A stretch of 64,000 bases of DNA from Candidatus Omnitrophota bacterium (lineage in GTDB: Bacteria; Omnitrophota; Gorgyraeia; Tantalellales; Tantalellaceae): contig JBDRNE010000025.1 in the NCBI GenBank assembly GCA_043811395.1, positions 7,137 to 71,136 on the forward strand, given 5' to 3'. A model generated the notes under the pieces. That model saw nothing but the letters and a program-made list of their open reading frames with translations. It was not told where the DNA came from and ran no database searches. This document shows, piece after piece, positions 17,475 through 26,578 of this stretch. Positions within the stretch are counted from its first letter, which is position 1, and each line of letters begins with the position of its first letter. Position numbers and translations under genes: made by a program.

Positions 17475-17674
17475 ACAACTGTTTGCTAAGTTTTTTATGT
17501 TCTTTACAAGATAATTTAGAGCTATGTGGGCTAAATGGATGAATGGTTTGTTTGTGAGGTTAGTGGAGAAATTTTGATAAAGAATGTGTAAGTAAAAAGC
17601 TTTGAAACCACAACATTTTGTGGTTAACTGCGGTGTTTCCATAAAAACAGTACCTTGAATAGGAGACGTAGTTA

Positions 17675-19009
17675 ATGAAAAGCGATAAGATGAGGAAAAT
17701 GTTAAAATTTGGAATCAGGCAGTTTTATCATATTCGGGAAGGCGGAATTCCTGTACTATTTCGAAAAGTGGTTATTTTATTCCGGGTGTCTTTTGAAATG
17801 TTATTAGTCTTGTTGGCGGTTCCGATAGTGCTTTTTGCGCGGTTGTTAAAACCAATTATCTGGATACGGTTTGGGTGTCTTATTAGTCCCAGGATTGGAC
17901 ATTTTGCGGCCAATACGGAAATGTATATGTGTTTTCGCGATATGGACGAGCGTAGTAAGCGCCGATTAGATCTGTTTTATTGTACAAAACCGATTTGTAA
18001 TCGCCAGTTAAAAAAAATGTGGGGACGAGTTTTACATATTTTTAAGCTAGTACGCTGGTGTGATAAAGCAAATCAATTATTGCCGGGAGGAAAAGATTAT
18101 AGGGTTGTTTTATTGTCGGATAGAGATACATGTGGTGTCCTTCAGCAGGTTAAGAAACATCTTTTTTTTACAGACAGAGAAGATCGGTTCGGTAAGAAAG
18201 AGATCGAAAAAATGGGGATTTCTACAGATGCTTCTTTTGTTTGTTTTTACGCTCGTGACGCCGCGTATCTTGATTCTATAGCTCCGGGAATTGATTGGAA
18301 GTATCACAACTACAGAGATTCAAACATAAAGGACTATCTTCTTGCGGCAGAAGAACTAACAAGAAGAGGGCATTTTGCCGTTAGAATGGGAGCTGTGGTG
18401 AAAGATGAGTTAAAAGTCAGTAATCCCTCAATAATTGATTACGCATCAAAGGGAAGAACCGATTTTATGGATATATATCTTGCAGCAAACTGCAAATTTT
18501 TTCTTTCATCTACAGGAGGAATTAATGCGGTAACGACAGTGTTTAGGCGTCCGGTAGTTTTTGTGAATAATATGCCGCTTGCATGTTTTCCTGCTTCAAA
18601 TTATGGGGACTTATTTATTCCAAAAAAATTATGGTTGCGAGACGAACGTCGTTTTTTAACTTTTCAAGAGATTTTAGATTCGGAAATAGCTTTTTTCTTT
18701 TTTTTCGAACAGTATGAGAATAGAGGAATTGAACTTGTTGACAATACTCCGGAAGAGATTATGGATGTGACTGTGGAAATGGATCAGCGTTTAAACGGAC
18801 AATGGCAAACTATGGAAGAAGATGAAGAATTGCAGAGATATTTTTGGTCGTTGTACAATTCGGAAGAATACAAACGATATTGTAAGATGTTTCGAAGATT
18901 TGGCAATATGCCGTATCATCGAATACCATGTCGTATTGGTGCTAAGTTTTTGCGAGAAAATAAAGAATTGCTATACGGCAAGAGGATAATGGGAATTGAT
19001 CTCAAATAA
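17675..19009 (+). CDS. hypothetical protein, possibly a GT-B-like glycosyltransferase / capsule-type transferase; N-terminal hydrophobic segment
   Basis: 444 aa; AGGAGA RBS; N-terminal TM-like helix (LLVLLAVPIVLFARLL); no motif I can assign with certainty. The layout (N-terminal domain plus C-terminal STGG-containing region FFLSSTGGINA) is reminiscent of GT-B sugar transferases. Confidence 0.35.
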   Translation: MKSDKMRKMLKFGIRQFYHIREGGIPVLFRKVVILFRVSFEMLLVLLAVPIVLFARLLKPIIWIRFGCLISPRIGHFAANTEMYMCFRDMDERSKRRLDLFYCTKPICNRQLKKMWGRVLHIFKLVRWCDKANQLLPGGKDYRVVLLSDRDTCGVLQQVKKHLFFTDREDRFGKKEIEKMGISTDASFVCFYARDAAYLDSIAPGIDWKYHNYRDSNIKDYLLAAEELTRRGHFAVRMGAVVKDELKVSNPSIIDYASKGRTDFMDIYLAANCKFFLSSTGGINAVTTVFRRPVVFVNNMPLACFPASNYGDLFIPKKLWLRDERRFLTFQEILDSEIAFFFFFEQYENRGIELVDNTPEEIMDVTVEMDQRLNGQWQTMEEDEELQRYFWSLYNSEEYKRYCKMFRRFGNMPYHRIPCRIGAKFLRENKELLYGKRIMGIDLK

Positions 19010-19038
19010 GCTAAAATTGTTTTCAAAGCGTACATATT

Positions 19039-19839
19039 ATGAATAGCAGAACAAAAAACTTGAAATTCAAACAAACATCCGTAAGTAAAGAAATCGCGGG
19101 AAAACTTTTTTTCTTTGAAGGTTATAGCGAAAAGAATGTTGAAGATGGAGTAGATTCGTTTAAACATTTTTTAAAGAAATACAAAAAACTATACAGAATT
19201 CTGAAGGTTATGATCTCACCTGTATGTTTTGATAATTCGTTGGGTCGGTTCATAAATAAAGAGATTGGTAATCAAGAAGGTTGTTTTATAAACTTAGGAT
19301 CAGGGAATGAACGAATTCATGAGAAAGTAGTTAATTTTGATATTTTTGGCTATGATGAAGTGGACATTATTTGTGATATTTGCAGTCTTCCAATTGAAGA
19401 TAATTCGGTTGATGTGGTTTTTAATTTGTCTGTGTTAGAACATGTTCCATTTCCGCAGAAGGTTGTATCTGAAATTTGGCGGGTACTTAAACCTGGCGGA
19501 TTGGTTTTTTCTGATGTGCCGTTTGTTATGGGGTTTCATGCTTCGCCATATGATTATAGCCGATGGACAGCTGTTGGCATAAAAAAACTTTACGCGAAAT
19601 ATGACATTTTAGATTTTAAAGTTAACGGAGGGCCGACTTCCGCATTTTTGTGGATTTTTCAGGAATGGTTTGCTATGCTGTTATCCTTTGGTATAAAGGC
19701 GTTATATCTTTTATTGCACATTTTTATAATGTGTTTGACTTTTCCGATAAAGTTTATCGACATAATTTTGAGATATCATCCAATGGCCGAAAATATTGCG
19801 GCCTCATATATTTTGATTGGAAGAAAAACCTATGAGTAG
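19039..19839 (+). CDS. class I SAM-dependent methyltransferase (Methyltransf_11-like)
   Basis: INLGSGNERI motif I, DIICDICSLPIEDNSVDVVFNLSVLEHV motif II/III region, VLKPGG post-III motif. Confidence 0.6.
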   Translation: MNSRTKNLKFKQTSVSKEIAGKLFFFEGYSEKNVEDGVDSFKHFLKKYKKLYRILKVMISPVCFDNSLGRFINKEIGNQEGCFINLGSGNERIHEKVVNFDIFGYDEVDIICDICSLPIEDNSVDVVFNLSVLEHVPFPQKVVSEIWRVLKPGGLVFSDVPFVMGFHASPYDYSRWTAVGIKKLYAKYDILDFKVNGGPTSAFLWIFQEWFAMLLSFGIKALYLLLHIFIMCLTFPIKFIDIILRYHPMAENIAASYILIGRKTYE

Positions 19840-21772
19840 TTTAAAAAAGTATATAGATTCTTTTACTCATTCCTTGGTAATTCAGTTTATCTGTAGAAAA
19901 AAAATTACAATATTTGTTGGTGCGGGTCTTATATTTTTTGTAGTGTTTTTAGCGGTAAACAATTATTCTCCGATCATAGGATTGTGGGAAGGATCGGTTG
20001 TATATTGGAATTTTTTGCCGGAAAGACAACCTTCCTTAATGTTGTCAATTTCAGTGTCTGGGGATACTATCAGTATGCATGGTAGGGGGTATGCTTTATT
20101 ATACATTTCCCGTTGGGTATTGGATATAGTTGGGCATAGTCTTACAATGATGAGGCTTTTTCCCGTTATGTATGGACTTAGTGCCCTTTTTTTATTTTTC
20201 ATTGTTTTAAAAAGATGGTTTGGGGTTAAAACTGCGTTTTTAGGTGTACTTTTATTATCAACAAATCATGTGTTCTTAACCTATCAGCATATGTTGGTTG
20301 TGCAGATGGTATCTCTCGCGGCTGTATTATTTTGCATTGAACGTTTTCAAAATCTCAACTATAAACACACTAAGGTTGCGGCAATTACCATGGGATTGGC
20401 CTGTGCTTTAGTGTCTCCGCACTACATTATAGGTCGTTTTTGCATGCTGGCAATTCTGATGTTTTATGTCATAGACTGTGGAGGTAGCTATACCGCTTGT
20501 AGTAAAGATTATACGTCGATTAGTGCTCGTGAAAGGGTGAACACAATTGTAATTATATTTCTGAGTGCAATAGCCATACTATTTCTTTTCTATCCAGGGA
20601 ACGTTTTTTTACTTTTAAGCAAAAAGTTTATATTCACTGCGGCCGGAGAATATACCGTTACTTGGCGTGAAGCCCTAAACAGTATTGTACATAATGCTAA
20701 ATTTTTTTTAAGATACTTTGCTCTTGGAAATTTTTGCTCTAAATATCCCGATGACATTCTGGTAACTTTGCCGTATCCACTCGAAAGTAAGATAATTACG
20801 GTTTTGGCAGTTTTAGGGATAGCAGTTAGTTTGAAGAGAGTCAAAAACTACAAAATATTGTTTTTATTCATGATGTTATCAGTTACGAGTTTTATGCCGT
20901 TTTTTTCTCAAATTTATCCGGGAAAAATTTTTTTTGATTCTTCGAGTTTAAGTTCTTTTCGTACATTTTTTATTATTCCCTTCATGCTTATTTTCGCGGT
21001 TTTGGGAGTGAAGTATGTTTATCGAAAAATAAAAGATAGAAAAGTTTTTTGGATAAAATGTTTTTATATAGCGCTTGTTGTGTTGATTCTGTCTAGGCTT
21101 GGAGTTTGTTTGTACGAACAAAACCGGTTCCAGGCATATGTTGATAACTATCAATTTGATTTTTCACAGAAAGCTGTCCAAGCATCTCGAGATGAAAATA
21201 TTGCTTTACCGAATGACCAGAAAAGAGAATTGAACATAAATCAAATCTATTATCATAATCTTGCACAATTCATTGCTGATAAAATAGATGAGAAAAAAAA
21301 TATTTCGCAAAATACAGAATTGATCTATATACCAGAGGAATATTATACCCCGGATTATTATAGGTATGGTTCGGGAAATATGCCATTTAAGGGTGATTCA
21401 TATTACTTCAAGATGTACTTGACGTTTTACCTGAGGGAAGCAGGGATGAATGTGGGATATTTGGCTCTTAAAACAGATTATCCTCAGCCTCTAACGGGTA
21501 GGATAATTGGAATGCTGGAAAATTTCAGCTATACAGAAGGTGCAATGCGACAGCTAAAAACAAATCCGAAATATAACAATTTTATCGGTAATTTGCGCGA
21601 GTGGTCCCCGATTAAATCTAATTTTAGGCAGATTGGGGAATATGTTGTAAATGGAGCTGGACTTTGCCCTGCTGAATATATTTTGGTCACGAATAAAGAG
21701 GAAGCAGATGCCTGCGAGAAGCTACTGGGGAAAGCTATAACATTGAGAATGCCTGATGATATAGCAAAATGA
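19832..21772 (+). CDS. polytopic membrane protein, GT-C fold glycosyltransferase-like (ArnT/PMT family-like)
   Basis: ~12 predicted TM helices in the N-terminal two-thirds, a large C-terminal soluble domain, and an early loop RWVLDIVGHSLTMMRLFPVMYGLSALFLFFIVLKRWFG resembling the ArnT/PMT first-loop region. ATG 19832 overlaps the upstream TAG. Confidence 0.45.
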   Translation: MSSLKKYIDSFTHSLVIQFICRKKITIFVGAGLIFFVVFLAVNNYSPIIGLWEGSVVYWNFLPERQPSLMLSISVSGDTISMHGRGYALLYISRWVLDIVGHSLTMMRLFPVMYGLSALFLFFIVLKRWFGVKTAFLGVLLLSTNHVFLTYQHMLVVQMVSLAAVLFCIERFQNLNYKHTKVAAITMGLACALVSPHYIIGRFCMLAILMFYVIDCGGSYTACSKDYTSISARERVNTIVIIFLSAIAILFLFYPGNVFLLLSKKFIFTAAGEYTVTWREALNSIVHNAKFFLRYFALGNFCSKYPDDILVTLPYPLESKIITVLAVLGIAVSLKRVKNYKILFLFMMLSVTSFMPFFSQIYPGKIFFDSSSLSSFRTFFIIPFMLIFAVLGVKYVYRKIKDRKVFWIKCFYIALVVLILSRLGVCLYEQNRFQAYVDNYQFDFSQKAVQASRDENIALPNDQKRELNINQIYYHNLAQFIADKIDEKKNISQNTELIYIPEEYYTPDYYRYGSGNMPFKGDSYYFKMYLTFYLREAGMNVGYLALKTDYPQPLTGRIIGMLENFSYTEGAMRQLKTNPKYNNFIGNLREWSPIKSNFRQIGEYVVNGAGLCPAEYILVTNKEEADACEKLLGKAITLRMPDDIAK

Positions 21773-21830
21773 CGCTTATTTTGTGAAACTTAACATAGAA
21801 AAAGGTTAATAGACTAATAAGGTGGTAAAG

Positions 21831-23411
21831 ATGCGAATAATGTTTATTATAAACGAGTTAGGAATAAACGCGCCTTTTGGACCGATGATATTATCGGCGG
21901 TTCTTAAAAAAAAAAGACATGATGTTAGTCTAGGTGTAATACAAAAGGAAGACCTTGAAAAAAAAATAGGTTCATGGAAACCAGATATTCTCGCGTATAG
22001 TATGATGTCAGTTGACATGAAGGACATGAAGAAGTTCAATGATTCTTTGCGAAAAAAAATAAAGATTTTCACTATTTTGGGCGGTGCTCATCCTACCTTA
22101 GATCACAGTTGTATAGATGATCCCGGAATTGACGCAATTTGTGTGGGAGAAGGGGAAGAGGCGATAGTTGAGGTTGTTGAGGCGCTAGAAAATGGAAAAA
22201 GTTTGGAAGGTATTAAAAACATTATTACAGATAAGGCGTCTCCTTTAGAGTTGAGAGATCTTATAGAAGATTTAGATACGGTTCCTTTTATGGACAGGGA
22301 ACTCGTTTACGCGCATCGGGAAATGGCACGTTTTGGGGTTAAAGGGATTTGGACAAGCAGAGGATGTGTTTTTAGGTGTCCGTATTGTTTTAATAGCCGT
22401 ACGAATGAAATTTTCAAAAACAAAGGAAGAATTTTTAGACGGCGCAGTGTTGAGTCAGTAATAAAAGAAACCGAACAATTGGTTTCAAAGTATCGAGTTG
22501 ATTTTATTCGGATGCAGGATGATGTTTTTATTTATAAAGTTGATGATTGGTTAAAAGAATTTGTGGATAAATGGGCAACTCGAATAAAAATTCCATTCTA
22601 TTGTTTACTGCGTTCAGAGACTGTTACGGAAGAAATGGCTTTTTATTTAAAAAAGGCAGGTTGTTTTTCTATCGCGATGTCAATAGAGTCAGCAGATGAT
22701 GATATAAGAATTCGTATGATGCGCCGAAAAGTTGAAAAATCAGATTTAGAGAAAGCGTTCAGTATTTTTAAGGAACATAAGATCAATGTGTACGCTAACA
22801 CAATGCTGGCACTTCCATTTACAAAGCTTGAAGATGATATTGCGTCGGTCGATTTTGCTATAAAAGTTAAGCCTGAAATGCCGAACTTTTCAATTTTTAT
22901 GCCATATCCTGGTACGGATTTAGGAGATTATTGCGCGAGAATCGGAGTGTATGATGTTAACCAGAATCATATAGAATACGGTATGCGTAACGCAAGTTCT
23001 TTAAAATGTTTTACAAAAAAAGAAAAAGATGCCCAATATAACCTTTGCGAACTGGCAATAATCGCTGTTAAATTACCTTTTTTGAGAAATTTAATCGTAA
23101 ATCATCTTATACATTGGAGCCCGAATAATTTTTTCTTTTTTATGCACTACATTTTTTCTATTACAGCTTATGGGAAAAAGATCTTTTATTTCAAGCATAC
23201 ATTTTTTGAATATTTTGAACTATTGGGACGGACCCTAAAACATTATATCTATGATTTTTTGAAAGGTGAAAAGAAAGATATGTGTAAAGAGAAGCAAGAA
23301 AAAATAAACAAATGTGAGACGGTTCTTGCCGAAAAAGAGCGTAAAGAAGAACTTGAAAAATGTATGGAGGCGATGGAAACCGGTGAACCAGTCGGCTGGT
23401 TGGCAAGTTGA
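21831..23411 (+). CDS. cobalamin (B12)-binding domain radical SAM enzyme (class B)
   Basis: N-terminal B12-binding domain (FTILGGAHPTL, CVGEGEEAIVEVVEAL) then SRGCVFRCPYCFNS. AAGGTGG RBS before ATG 21831. Confidence 0.8.
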   Translation: MRIMFIINELGINAPFGPMILSAVLKKKRHDVSLGVIQKEDLEKKIGSWKPDILAYSMMSVDMKDMKKFNDSLRKKIKIFTILGGAHPTLDHSCIDDPGIDAICVGEGEEAIVEVVEALENGKSLEGIKNIITDKASPLELRDLIEDLDTVPFMDRELVYAHREMARFGVKGIWTSRGCVFRCPYCFNSRTNEIFKNKGRIFRRRSVESVIKETEQLVSKYRVDFIRMQDDVFIYKVDDWLKEFVDKWATRIKIPFYCLLRSETVTEEMAFYLKKAGCFSIAMSIESADDDIRIRMMRRKVEKSDLEKAFSIFKEHKINVYANTMLALPFTKLEDDIASVDFAIKVKPEMPNFSIFMPYPGTDLGDYCARIGVYDVNQNHIEYGMRNASSLKCFTKKEKDAQYNLCELAIIAVKLPFLRNLIVNHLIHWSPNNFFFFMHYIFSITAYGKKIFYFKHTFFEYFELLGRTLKHYIYDFLKGEKKDMCKEKQEKINKCETVLAEKERKEELEKCMEAMETGEPVGWLAS

Positions 23412-23470
23412 ACATATTGCACGTATCAGGTGTGTCACGCAGTACGTTAAAAAATTAACGAGGTGAGAGT

Positions 23471-24403
23471 ATGCAGATAACAATTGTTATTCCGATTTAT
23501 AATAGCGAAAGTACGATTGGGAAGCTTGTGCCGAATTTGATCGAAAATTTGAAAGAAGTAAGTCTTCAAATAGTTTTAGTCAATGACGGAAGCAGTGACA
23601 AAAGTCATGAAGCGTGTCTTAGTCTTCGGGAAGCATATTCTTCGATAGTTGAGTATATAAATCTTGCCAGGAATTTTGGTGAACATAACGCGGTTATGGC
23701 AGGGTTGAATTACGCTAAGGGAGATTATGTCGTAATTATGGATGATGATTTTCAGAATCCGCCTCGTGAGGTGCCCCGTCTGGTTGCGGAAGCGAAGGAT
23801 AAGGGGTATGATATTGTTTATACATGTTATGAGAAAAAGTGTCATAGTTGGTTTAGAAATTTTGGAAGTAAGTTTAATGAAAAAATAGCGAATTTAATGC
23901 TGGATAAACCTAAAGACTTGTATTTATCAAGTTTTAAGTGTTTGAGCGCGTTTGTTGTTCGGGAGATAATAAAGTATAAAGGACCGTTTCCTTATATTGA
24001 CGGATTAGCTTTAAGATGCACACGAAACATAGGAATTATTAAAGCTCAGCATCAGAAGCGGGAAGACGGCAAATCGAATTATACGTTAAAAAAACTAGTT
24101 AATTTGTGGCTAAATATGTTTGTCAATTTTTCGATAATTCCTTTACGCATAAGTGTTTTTCTGGGGTTAATATTGGGTGGAATGGGAATACTCATAAGCA
24201 TTTATGTGATAATTGAAAAAATATTGTATCCGGGTGTTCCCGTGGGATGGACGTCTCTCATGTTAGCTGTAATGGTGTTTTCAGGAGTACAGCTTTTAAC
24301 GCTAGGGCTTTTAGGGGAATATGTTGGGCGGTTATTATTGAGTAATAATCAGACGCCGCAATTTGTTGTTAGGGAAATTTATGCAGGCGAAACGAATGAA
24401 TAA
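23471..24403 (+). CDS. GT2-family polyprenyl-phosphate sugar transferase (ArnC/GtrB/DPM1-like) with C-terminal TM hairpin
   Basis: IVIPIYNSESTI, VNDGSSDKS, DDDFQNP (DXD) motifs; two C-terminal TM helices (IPLRISVFLGLILGGMGILISIYVI; LMLAVMVFSGVQLLTLGLLGEYVGR) as in ArnC/GtrB. Confidence 0.8.
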   Translation: MQITIVIPIYNSESTIGKLVPNLIENLKEVSLQIVLVNDGSSDKSHEACLSLREAYSSIVEYINLARNFGEHNAVMAGLNYAKGDYVVIMDDDFQNPPREVPRLVAEAKDKGYDIVYTCYEKKCHSWFRNFGSKFNEKIANLMLDKPKDLYLSSFKCLSAFVVREIIKYKGPFPYIDGLALRCTRNIGIIKAQHQKREDGKSNYTLKKLVNLWLNMFVNFSIIPLRISVFLGLILGGMGILISIYVIIEKILYPGVPVGWTSLMLAVMVFSGVQLLTLGLLGEYVGRLLLSNNQTPQFVVREIYAGETNE

Positions 24404-25397
24404 TATATCATGTAAGGATTTTTTCAAAAACAAAAAAGTACTTATAACAGGCGGGTTGGGTTTTATTGGTTCAAATTTGGCAATTAGGCTAGTTGAACAA
24501 GGCGCGACGGTTACTTTGCTGGATGGAATTATTGAGGGACACGGGGGTAACGAATTCAATATAGACCCAATAAAGGGGGAAGCAGAAGTTGAATTTGGTG
24601 ACATAAGAGATGCAGTTCTAATGAACAAAATTGTAAAGGACAAGGACTTTATTTTTCATTTGGCAGGGCAGAATGACCATGTTTTAAGCATTAGGGATCC
24701 TTTTCCGGATATTGATATTAACATAAAAGGGTCTGCCGTTCTTTTGGAAGCGTGCAAAAATTTTAATAAAACCGCAAAATTAATTTATACCGGAACACGT
24801 GGAGAATATGGAACTGCGGCAAGCTTGCCGGTCAAAGAAACCGCGGCCATAAACCCGAAAGGAATTTATGAACTTTCAAGTTTGACGGTGCAGAAATTAT
24901 TTAAGATTTATCATGAAAACCATGGAGTTAAATCTATAACTCTAAGATTGACTAATATTTATGGTGAGCGCGCGCAAATGAGGCATAATCGGTTTGGAGT
25001 AGCAAACTGGTTTGTCCGTTTGGCTGTTGAAGGCAAGACAATAAAAGTTTTTGGTGATGGGTCGATATTAAGAGATTTTCTGTATGTTGAAGATACTGTC
25101 AGGGCCCTTTTGACCTGCGCTATGTGTGAAGAGGCTTATGGCGAGGTTTTTAATGTAGGGCATAATAAACCCAGCACTTTTTTGGAATTAGCAAAAAATA
25201 TTGTAAAAATAGCGGGAAAGGGAGACTGGGAAATGGTTCCCTTTACAAAAGAACGACTTATCCAGGAGCCAGGTGATTTTTATTCAGATATAACGAAGAT
25301 TAAGAATATTGTCGGATGGGAGCCAAAAGTTTTTTTAGAGGAAGGAATTGGAAGAACGGTTAGGTATTATGAAGAGCACAAACAATATTATTGGTAA
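24381..25397 (+). CDS. NAD-dependent epimerase/dehydratase (extended SDR)
   Basis: VLITGGLGFIGSNL Rossmann motif, catalytic YELSSLTVQK (YxxxK); ~339 aa. Confidence 0.75.
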   Translation: MQAKRMNNISCKDFFKNKKVLITGGLGFIGSNLAIRLVEQGATVTLLDGIIEGHGGNEFNIDPIKGEAEVEFGDIRDAVLMNKIVKDKDFIFHLAGQNDHVLSIRDPFPDIDINIKGSAVLLEACKNFNKTAKLIYTGTRGEYGTAASLPVKETAAINPKGIYELSSLTVQKLFKIYHENHGVKSITLRLTNIYGERAQMRHNRFGVANWFVRLAVEGKTIKVFGDGSILRDFLYVEDTVRALLTCAMCEEAYGEVFNVGHNKPSTFLELAKNIVKIAGKGDWEMVPFTKERLIQEPGDFYSDITKIKNIVGWEPKVFLEEGIGRTVRYYEEHKQYYW

Positions 25398-26520
25398 AAA
25401 AAACAGCAGTATACCTTTTGTGGACTTGTCAGCGCAGTATATGGGGATAAAAGGAGAAGTTGATAAATCTGTGAACGGAGTTATTACAAAGGGATGGTTT
25501 GTTTTAGGCAAAGAACTTGAATGTTTCGAGAAAGAGTTTGCGGCGTATTGCGCCTCAAAATACGCGGTTGGTGTGGGTTCAGGCACGGCGGCATTATTTT
25601 TGTCTTTAGTTGCGTGCGGGCTTGAACCTGGGGACGGTGTTATAACAACTCCGAATACAGCTCTTCCAACAATTTCCGCAATAACTTGGGCAAATTGCCG
25701 GCCTTTTTTTGTTGATATTGCCCCTGATACGTATACTTTGTGTCCCGAAAAATTGGAATGTTTTTTACAAAACAATTTTTCAAAATTTAAGATTAAAGCG
25801 ATAATTCCGGTTCACCTTTACGGCAATTCCGTTGATATGGATCCTATTTTGAAAATCTCGGAAAAATACGGATTAAAAGTTATTGAGGACGCTTGCCAGG
25901 CCCATGGGACAGAATACAAAGGGAAAAAAACAGGTACAATGGGAACTGCGGGATGTTTCAGTTTTTATCCGACAAAAAATTTAGGTGCATATGGTGACGC
26001 GGGAATGGTTGTTACCGATAGCGAAAAAATAGCAAACAAGCTATGTATGCTGAGAAACTATGGAGAGAAAAGCAAATATTTCAATGTGGAAAAAGGAGTT
26101 AATTCAAGACTCGATGAAATTCAAGCCGCTGTTTTAAGAGTAAAACTAAAATATCTTGATACTTGGAATCAAAAAAGGCGAGGGCTTGCTGGAGTATACG
26201 CGGATTTATTAAAAGATACATGTATTCAATTGCCGGTAGAAAAAAAATACGCGAAGCACATATTCCATCTTTATGTTGTGAAAACTAAAAATAGGGATGG
26301 TTTAAAAGAAAAACTTATGAATAATGGAATAACTACGCATATTCATTATCCTATGCCTGTTCATCTTCAGCCGGCATATAAAGATTTGGGATATTCTTCG
26401 GGAACGTTTCCTGCGGCGGAAAAGTGTTCGGAAGAGATTCTTTCTTTACCCATGTTTCCGGAGTTGGAAAGGGAACGCGTGGAAAGAATTTGTAGCGTTG
26501 TAAAGGAATTTGCCGGATAG
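25369..26520 (+). CDS. DegT/DnrJ/EryC1/StrS-family PLP-dependent sugar aminotransferase
   Basis: IPFVDLSAQY N-terminal signature, GSGTAAL, DACQAHG and SFYPTKNLGAYGDAG (PLP lysine region) motifs. Confidence 0.85.
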   Translation: MKSTNNIIGKKNSSIPFVDLSAQYMGIKGEVDKSVNGVITKGWFVLGKELECFEKEFAAYCASKYAVGVGSGTAALFLSLVACGLEPGDGVITTPNTALPTISAITWANCRPFFVDIAPDTYTLCPEKLECFLQNNFSKFKIKAIIPVHLYGNSVDMDPILKISEKYGLKVIEDACQAHGTEYKGKKTGTMGTAGCFSFYPTKNLGAYGDAGMVVTDSEKIANKLCMLRNYGEKSKYFNVEKGVNSRLDEIQAAVLRVKLKYLDTWNQKRRGLAGVYADLLKDTCIQLPVEKKYAKHIFHLYVVKTKNRDGLKEKLMNNGITTHIHYPMPVHLQPAYKDLGYSSGTFPAAEKCSEEILSLPMFPELERERVERICSVVKEFAG

Positions 26521-26578
26521 ATTTTAGTGCTTGGGGAATTTGTAAATTTTAAATTATAGATAAACATTAGGATGGGCA

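Noticed and set aside
25335-25775. 146-aa reverse-strand ORF antisense to the DegT aminotransferase / epimerase junction
   Set aside because: Lies wholly inside strong, motif-bearing + strand genes, has no RBS, and its translation is low-complexity (P/S/T-rich), typical of antisense frames of AT-rich coding DNA. The same applies to all other minus-strand ORFs in the track (for example 49449-49907, 60842-61345, 16950-17336, 10689-11057, 11685-12044). No minus-strand gene is credible in this window.
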